Shown here piece by piece: positions 55,632 to 64,000 of a stretch of DNA of 64,000 nucleotides. The notes under the pieces were generated by a model. It was not told the origin of the DNA. It saw only the letters and a program-made list of their open reading frames with translations, and did not search any database. The position numbers and the translations under genes were made by a program. This DNA comes from Octopus sinensis. Lineage: Eukaryota. Location of the stretch: assembly GCF_006345805.1 (NCBI RefSeq), contig NC_043007.1:39618001-39682000 (forward strand), read 5' to 3'. How positions within the stretch are numbered: position 1 is the stretch's first letter; each line of letters starts with the position of its first letter.

Positions 55632-55632
<1 letters not shown>
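55049..55632 (+). mobile_element. SINE-A trimer
   Basis: One head, then units starting GGTATTTC at 55095, 55279 and 55462 (period 183-184). Last unit ends CAGGCCTTATGCCTAGAGTAGAAAAG(ATT)n. Confidence 0.88.
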
Positions 55633-55707
<75 letters not shown>

Positions 55708-55720
55708 TAGTAGCAGTAGC

Positions 55721-55759
<39 letters not shown>

Positions 55760-55794
55760 TCAAGAATAGGAATAAGATGATGATGTTGATGATA

Positions 55795-55836
<42 letters not shown>

Positions 55837-55957
55837 TGGAGGAGGAGAAAGTAAAAAAGTAAGGAGATAAAACAAGTGTTTTTATGCACCCCAAGAGAAT
55901 CATGGAAGATAACACTGAAGTAACTGGTGTGTGTTAAGAGTACAATGAGCAAAAAGC

Positions 55958-55988
<31 letters not shown>

Positions 55989-55990
55989 TA

Positions 55991-58900
55991 AATTTTCCTG
56001 AACTTTTGTTCTCCTTTCCGTCTTTCTTCCCTCTCTGGATGTCCATACCCGTTTTCCTCTGCCTGCACCCCCCTTTTTTGCCACTCCCCTCTCTCGTGCT
56101 TCCCTTCTTTCTTTCCCTTTTCCGTTTGCCCCGTCTTTTCTGCCCCTATCGCTTACTTATCTAGTTTTTTCATACGATTATTATTTTTTTGTTTTTTTTG
56201 AACGTTTGTTTTTTTCCCCTTTTTTCGCTATCCTTTTTTCTATTTTTTTCATACGATAATTTTTGTTTTTTGTTTTTTTTTTGTTTTTTCGAACGTTTTT
56301 TTCCGCTATCCCATCATGCCGGATCCTAGGTCCTACCTCCTCACCTCCATCACCGTTTGAAGGATCATCTACGTTCGCTTCCTGTATATCCTTCAGCCGT
56401 CCTTAATCTCTCTCTACTTCTTTTTAAAAAAACCCGCTTCTCTAGCCATGTCTCTTTCCTAAGCCGCTGCCTACATCACCGACTCATCCCTAAAGTTTCC
56501 GCCTCCACTTCCACCCTGCTCTCCACTCGGATTCTTCCATCTTACCCATACTCCGCACCACATCTTACCGCCTTATCCGGGCCACCATTCGCTCCAATCT
56601 CTCCAAACTACATGCCATCAACCACCTTCTTCCTCCTGCTTTCTCCACCTTCTTCTCCTCTCTGCCGCCTCTCTATGCTCCAAACACGCTACGCTTCATT
56701 ATCCATTTGAATCAACTCTTCCATCAATTTCTTTCTGATACCAAACTTCGTAAACTCCAATCACTCTTCCATTCCACCCTACCCGACGCCACTACCCCAA
56801 CTCCTCCACCACCCTTCTCTCCTCCCGATAGGCTCCATCCACCACACCTAACCCCACTGCCCCTCCCTACAACCCCTTCTCCCCTCCCGTTAGGCTCCAT
56901 CCACCTACACCTAACCCTACTGCCCCGCCCAACCACCCCCACAACATCTCCCCAATCCCTCCCCCTCAGACCTCCACGAGGGACCACCACCCTCCTTACT
57001 CTATTCCACCCACCCCTTCTCCACTTCCGTCTGTTGTTACCATTCCCCCGATCTTCCCCTCTCTGCGGCTGAACGCTCCGTCTTGGTAGGGGTCTGCGTT
57101 TCATCCCCCTCACTCCATCCTGTAAGGAATTCCAAGACGCGAGTTGATGTCCACAGCTTTGTGCGCCGTGTCCGGTTGGGTGCGCATTACCACGACTCGC
57201 CACCCACACCCCACGAAGAGGACGACTGCTTCACTGGCCTGGGCCGCCGACCATCTCCGTGGACGCCTGCCCCTGGCCAGATCCTAGCAGTGGATCTTTT
57301 CGCGGGCGCTTGTCAGCGTGCATTGGAGCGGTTCAACTTCTCCAGGCGCCAACGCCGCCTCAACATCTCCCCGGCTGAGCTCTTGGCTCTTCGTTCCCTC
57401 CAACGGCGCGCTGACATTATCATCAAACCGGCTGACAAGGTGGGTGTAGCTGGTGGTGTGGAGCGCGGACCTCTATAGGGCCGAGGCTTTCCGCCAACCT
57501 CAATGACACCTCCTTCTATTCCCCTCTGCCCTCTACCCCCACGTAGCTACCAACAGACGTATCCTCTACCGTCCAAGACCTCATCTCGTCCTCCGTCTCC
57601 CCCGCACCGCATCCAAACCTAATTGTGCGAACCCCACGTAACCCCCCACCATTTACTTCCTCCCCAAATCCACAAACCCAACAACCCTGGCCGCCCCATC
57701 GTCTCCGCCTGTAACTGCCCCCACGGAGCTCATCTCTAAATACCTCGACCGTGTCCTTGCCCCCCTAGTGGCATCTCTTCCCTCCCACATCCACGATACC
57801 AACCATGCTCTCCGGCTTTTCAACTCTTTCTCCTTTCCTCCCGGCTCCTCCAAATCCTTTTTACTATGGACATCCAAAGCCTCTATACTGTTATCCCTCA
57901 CCACGAGGACTGCAGGCCCTTCGACACTTTCTTGACCTCCGCTCTAACCCTGTACCTGACACCTCCACACTCATTCGTCTGGCCGAACTTGTCCTTACTC
58001 TGAACTGCTTCTCGTTCGCGGGCGAGTTCTACCATCAGGTCTCGGGAGTGGCCATGGGAACGCGAATGGGCCCCAACTATGCGAACCTGTTCGTTGGCTA
58101 TGTTGAGGCCCAAATATTCTCTAATTTCACTGGTCCCACTCCTGAACTATATGGTCGTTATATTGACGACATTATCGGTGCCACCTCACTCTCCGCGAAC
58201 ATCTAGATTCCTTCCTCTCTTTCGTCCAATCTTTCCATCCAGCCCTCCACTTCACTTCCACTATCTCCAACACCTCTGTCTCCTTCCTCGACATTTCGGT
58301 TAGCATTCTTCACTCCACTCTTACCACCTCCATTCACTACAAACACACAGACTCACACTCATACCTCAACTTCTCTTCCTCCCACCCAGAACACACCAAG
58401 CTTTCCATCCCCTATTCCCAATTCCTCCGTCTACGTAGGCTCTGTAGTGACGACATGACTTTGAGACTCAGTCTCAACGTATGGCTCACCACTTCACCCT
58501 ACGTGGATACCCCCTCACCACTATCCACACCCCCCTTGCCAGAGCACGGTCCGTGGACCGTGTATCTGCTCTCTCTCCCCGAACCCGCCCTGTAGTCCCC
58601 CGCCTCCCTTTTCCCCTCACTTACCACCCCACGACCCACGTCTCCAACGCACCATTCTTCGAGCTTTCCGTCATCTCCAGTCCGACCCGTCCACTTCACA
58701 CCTCTTCCCTAACCGACCCCTCCCCTCTTTCAAACGAGCCCACAACCTTCGAGACCTTTTGGTCCATAGCTCCTTCCCTGACCCTACCTCCCAAACCGGC
58801 TCGTTTCCCTGCTCCCGCCCACGTTGCCGCACTTGCCCTTACCTCTCCAACACCACCCGCCTCACTAGCACCCACCATCGACCCTATCCCATCATCCACT

Positions 58901-59815
58901 CCTTCACCTGCACCTCCAGCAATATTATCTATTGCATCTCTTGCTCTCTCTGCAATTCCTTGTACATCGGACAAACGGGACGCCGCTTGGCTGACCGTTC
59001 GCGGAACACCTTCGTGACATCCACCTTGCGAACGACACACCGTCTCACGCCATTTCCGTCCACCGGTCACTCCTTGCAACACCTATCTGTGTTCGGTTTG
59101 TCCTTACACAGAGGCCATCCGGATTCCCGTTTGCGCCGTGAACAGGAATTAATCTTCTCCTCTTCGCTCTTATACGCCATTTGGTCTCAACTTTCCCCCC
59201 TCCTCATCTAACCCCCCCTCCTCTCCCCCCTCTCCCCCCTCCTCACTTACCTTTTCCTCCTTCCCCCGACCCCTACTTCTTCAGTCCTTCATCCTTTCAC
59301 CCCTACTCCCTTCCCTTCTTCCCTCTTTCTCCCTCCCTCTTCCCTTCTTTCCTCCCTGCTCCCTCACTCCCTCTCTCCCCCTCTCCTCTTTCCTCCTTCA
59401 TCCCCCCTCCCCTTCCTTCTCCCCCCATCCTCTCCTCTTCCCCCTTCTCCTCCCCCTCTTCTTCCCCTCCCCTTCTCTCCCCCCCCCTCTTCTCCCCCTC
59501 TTCTCCCCCCTCCCCCTCTTCTCCTCACTACACCACATGACTTTACACATCACATCACATATGATGTGCCATACTAATACACACACCAACTAATACATAC
59601 TAATACGTACTAATACATACTAGTACATACTAATACTTACACCAACCCTATACATACACACGTCCAGACCCCGCATACGCACTTATACTCTCTCTCACAC
59701 ACACACACATACCTATACATACCAATACGTACTAATACATACTAATACATACTAATACATACACCAACCCCATACATACGCATGTCCAGACCAATCTTAC
59801 GCACTAATACTCACT

Positions 59816-59854
<39 letters not shown>

Positions 59855-60222
59855 ATACATACTAATACATACACCAACCCTATACATACACACATCCAGA
59901 CCCCTCCCACGCACTTTTAGCTGGTCCCTCAACCGTTTTATCAACCCTATTATCTCCCCTTATTTCGCTCTCGCGTCTCATGTTTGATCTTTGACCTCTG
60001 GCCGAAATCAGATCGCCATGTTGATTCGTTAGCTACTGCACGCATTTTTTTTCTCTCCTTCTTTCTGTGTTTTTCTCTCTCTGTGTATCTTTCTGTTGAA
60101 GAGCGTAGGCTCGAAACGTTAAAGACTTGTTTTATTTATATTTCCTGAGCGCCATACTAATACAATTGTTCGTTTGTTTTCCACCTGCCTTCGTCTTTTG
60201 TTTATTTTCATAAAGCTTCCCG

Positions 60223-60224
<2 letters not shown>
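55991..60224 (+). mobile_element. Near full-length Neptune-type Penelope-like element (RT, Cys linker, GIY-YIG), frameshifted
   Basis: ORF about 56316-59200: IIIKPADK, LPKIHKPNNPGRPIVS, GVAMGTRMGPNYANLF, YGRYIDD, PCSRPRCRTC linker, IIYCISCSLCNSLYIGQTGRRL. 3' CT-rich tract, about 130-bp tandem units and an HHR tail. The 5' boundary is inferred from the flanking (AT)n. Confidence 0.88.
60088..60125 (+). ncRNA. Minimal type I hammerhead-like motif in the PLE tail (A6-to-U variant)
   Basis: TCTTT-CTGTTGA-A-GAGC(GTAG)GCTC-GAAACGT-T-AAAGA. Confidence 0.65.
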
Positions 60225-60256
<32 letters not shown>

Positions 60257-60333
60257 TGTGTGTGTGTGTGGTGTGTGTGTATATACATACTTACATACAT
60301 ACATGCATACATACAAATACATATATATGTGTT

Positions 60334-60391
<58 letters not shown>

Positions 60392-60765
60392 TACATATAT
60401 ATATATATGGGAAGAGAAAGAGAGACGTATATGTGTGTATTTCGTCTTTGTGCGCATGTATATATTTACACACACACACACGCTCATCTATATGTATATA
60501 GGTGTGCGATTCTGTCTATATGTGTATGCGTGTGTGTGTGTGTGTGTATCTGTTGTAAAACAGTAAAAGAACAATAGCGCTGAAAAGAAATAGCAAACAT
60601 AACGAATTCTACAAGACAAATTACAACAACAACCACAGCAGCAACAACAACAAAAGCAACAACGACAAGGCATGGCTGGGAGGTTTTGAGTGATTGCAGA
60701 TTTCTCAGTTGGATGGGACCAAAGTCATATTAATTTGCCATTAAATACAACTGCTACTGCTACTG

Positions 60766-60810
<45 letters not shown>

Positions 60811-60949
60811 ACTACTACTACTACTACTACTACTACTTTCTTATAATTATGATGACGAAATAATGTGTGTGTGTGTATTATATATATATATTATATATAT
60901 ATATATATATGTATTTATACATTTATATATATATATGTATGTTTGTATG

Positions 60950-60995
<46 letters not shown>

Positions 60996-61066
60996 CATAT
61001 ATATACATATATATGTATATGTATGTATGTGTGTGTGTACATATATATATATATAGAGAGAGAGAG

Positions 61067-61113
<47 letters not shown>

Positions 61114-61157
61114 CAACACACATACATGTATGTATATATACATATTTATATATACAT

Positions 61158-61204
<47 letters not shown>

Positions 61205-61639
61205 ACAGTCTTGAATACATCCATACGTACATGCTTATGCATAAATATACATTGTATTCATATGTTCATATATACTTACAGTCATACATGCATGCGTACG
61301 TACGTATGTAGGTACATCCACTCGCGTTTACGAACATTACGTCCGTACATGCGCTGGCGTCTCTCTCACTTAATCTAAGTTGAAGTGGCTGGGAACAAGA
61401 GAGGTTGGTTTTTGTGCGATTGTGATCAGGAAGACTACTATGGAGAAAACAAAAGATATTAAGTCACCCACCCTTTCCAACCCACACACACAATGCTCTA
61501 CAACAACAACAACAACAACATCAACGATATTATTAATAATAGTAACAATAATAATGGCTCTCTAATGATAAAGATGAATCCAATGATGACATCTTTAAAA
61601 TAACAATAAGAAAAAACAATAACGATTATGGCGAAGATG

Positions 61640-61669
61640 CTCCTGCTGATAATAATAATAATAATAATG

Positions 61670-61730
<61 letters not shown>

Positions 61731-61775
61731 TAATAATAGTAAAGACGATGATGATAAAGATAATGACAATAATAA

Positions 61776-61853
<78 letters not shown>

Positions 61854-61865
61854 AATATAATAATA

Positions 61866-61903
<38 letters not shown>

Positions 61904-61915
61904 TAATAATAGCAA
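61640..61915. repeat. (AAT)n array
   Basis: Direct reading. Confidence 0.95.
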
Positions 61916-62115
61916 TAATTAAAACGATAATGGCTTTTGTCATTTTAGAGGATATCTTTAATAATAATAATGAAGTATATAAAATTGAACGAAATAAAAT
62001 GAAATGAATTGCATGTATGTCTATGTATATGTGTGTGTGTGTGTATGAATGTGTACACATACATGTGTTTATATGTGCATGTCGACACATGTATATATAA
62101 GTGTTTATATAGTTG

Positions 62116-62146
<31 letters not shown>

Positions 62147-62157
62147 AATATACATAA

Positions 62158-62191
<34 letters not shown>

Positions 62192-62301
62192 CATTATATA
62201 TATATATATATAAGTACATATATATATGTAAGTATATATGTATAAATTTATACGTATGTATATATATGCATGTATATATTAATATATATATATATGTATG
62301 T

Positions 62302-62373
<72 letters not shown>

Positions 62374-63109
62374 TATTATCATTTTATATACTTTATGTAG
62401 TTTCCCTCATTTTCGGCAGATTTACTTTCACTATCTTGTCTTGTTTCTTTCTTTTACTTTCATATCATCCTTGGAGATTATAATGTTTCGTTTTGACAAT
62501 GGTAGTTTGTATGTGTGTGTGTGTATATGTGTGTGTATGAGAGAGAGAGAGACAGAGAGAGAGAGAGTTAGAGTGTGTCCTATGTGTGCGTGAAGGGTCA
62601 GTGTTATTTGGAAGATATATTTAAATATATAAATATATATATATTCGTATCTATACAAGTGTCTGTAAGCATGCATTTCTGTATTGGTGTGTTTAGGTAT
62701 GTATATGTATTGGTGTGCCGGTATGTATATATGCAAATGTTTTATCGTATGAATGCATTTGTTATTAAATGTATGTATATAGACCATTGTATGAAAAGTA
62801 CATATATTTTTCTATACACTCGACCATGCACACACACACACATATATATATATACATATGTGTACGTGCATTTGTAAGTATATATATATGTATGAAAACA
62901 AAAGACTGAAAACAAATTGATATATTCTTAATTCCTTGTTTCATATGTTTCATTGCAACATGGAAGTTACAAAGGTATACATCATGCATAGAATCTCCTA
63001 TCCATAATTCTTCAAAGCCTTAAAAATATGTTTGTATGTATATATATATATACATATATACATATGCATATATATGCGCACATATGTATATCTATATGCG
63101 CGTGCGTGC

Positions 63110-63150
<41 letters not shown>

Positions 63151-63486
63151 TCTGTGAAAGTATATTTATATATTTATGCATGAATATACGTATCCATATG
63201 AATATTTAGTATTGTCAACCAACGGATATTGGCCAATAATACTGCATTAAATTAGTATTTTATTCTGAAGATCCAGTGTTTCAATGTATTTATGCAATCG
63301 TCTACGTAACGATTAACACACAACATATTAATAGTCTCTCGTGAAACACGTGTAAAGTTGATATAATTTATAATATAACAAAACACAAAATAAATCTCCT
63401 GTTTTTTCTTTGTTTTGCTTTTGCTTTTGTTTTGGCTCTCGGATATACACCTCTAAATTAATCATAACACACACACACACATAAAT

Positions 63487-63648
63487 ACGACGGGCGTCTT
63501 TCAGTTTCTGCGTACCAAATCCACTCACAAGTCTCTTGTCGGCCTGGGGCAATAGTAGAAGACACTTGCCCAAGGTGCCACATAGTGGGACTGAATCCGG
63601 AACCATGTGGTTTGTAAGCAAGCTACTTACCACACAGCCACTTCTGCG
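63487..63648 (-). mobile_element. SINE-B 5' half
   Basis: AGTAGAAGACACTTGCCCAAGGTGCC..CCACACAGCCAC matches the SINE-B reverse complement. Confidence 0.8.
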
Positions 63649-64000
63649 CCTATTGACGTAAGAGAATATATTCTCTATGCGTCTGGCACTAGATATATAT
63701 GGATATCAGCTTGTAACTGAGAAGACCTTCACTGACCATCTATGACCATCTATGTGCATGAGGTTATTGCAGTCGCGGTCAGCCTCACTTACGTTCTCGC
63801 TAACAGCTTCCATGCTCGCCACAGCATTCTCCTACTTAACCGGACAGCGAAAAGTCGCCTCACCGGTGATTGCACAACCTAAACCTATAGGACCAATAAG
63901 GCCTGCACAGCATATCAACCTTTGCATAATCGCGTCGCCAGCGTCTAAATCGGCATCCCCCCCCCACACACACACACCTAGGCTTGCCTGGTGAGGAGGG

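Overview
Eukaryotic, repeat-saturated intergenic or intronic DNA. I found no supportable host-gene exon. The SINE families and very dense microsatellites resemble a cephalopod (Octopus-like) genome; this is inferred from remembered repeat families, not from a search. Nearly every ORF in the track is a microsatellite artefact or a decayed transposon fragment. Mobile content: a Dong/R4 LINE ending in (TAA)n; two CR1-type LINE fragments; an RTE fragment; a 3.5-kb Tx1/L1-clade LINE inside a (GATA)n array plus a second Tx1 3' end; a near-complete Neptune-type Penelope-like element (PLE) and other PLE fragments; three Tc1/mariner remnants; a hAT MITE; and about 18 tRNA-derived SINE copies in several modular families. 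There is a 100-N gap at 17601-17700. The best leads are: (1) hammerhead-ribozyme (HHR) motifs in PLE-type tails, including one whose three strands lie in a non-nested, pseudoknotted order (15661-15731); (2) two SINE/LINE 3'-tail matches visible in this window (SINE-A with Tx1, CORE-type SINE-B with CR1); (3) possible microsatellite targeting by the Tx1 and PLE elements.
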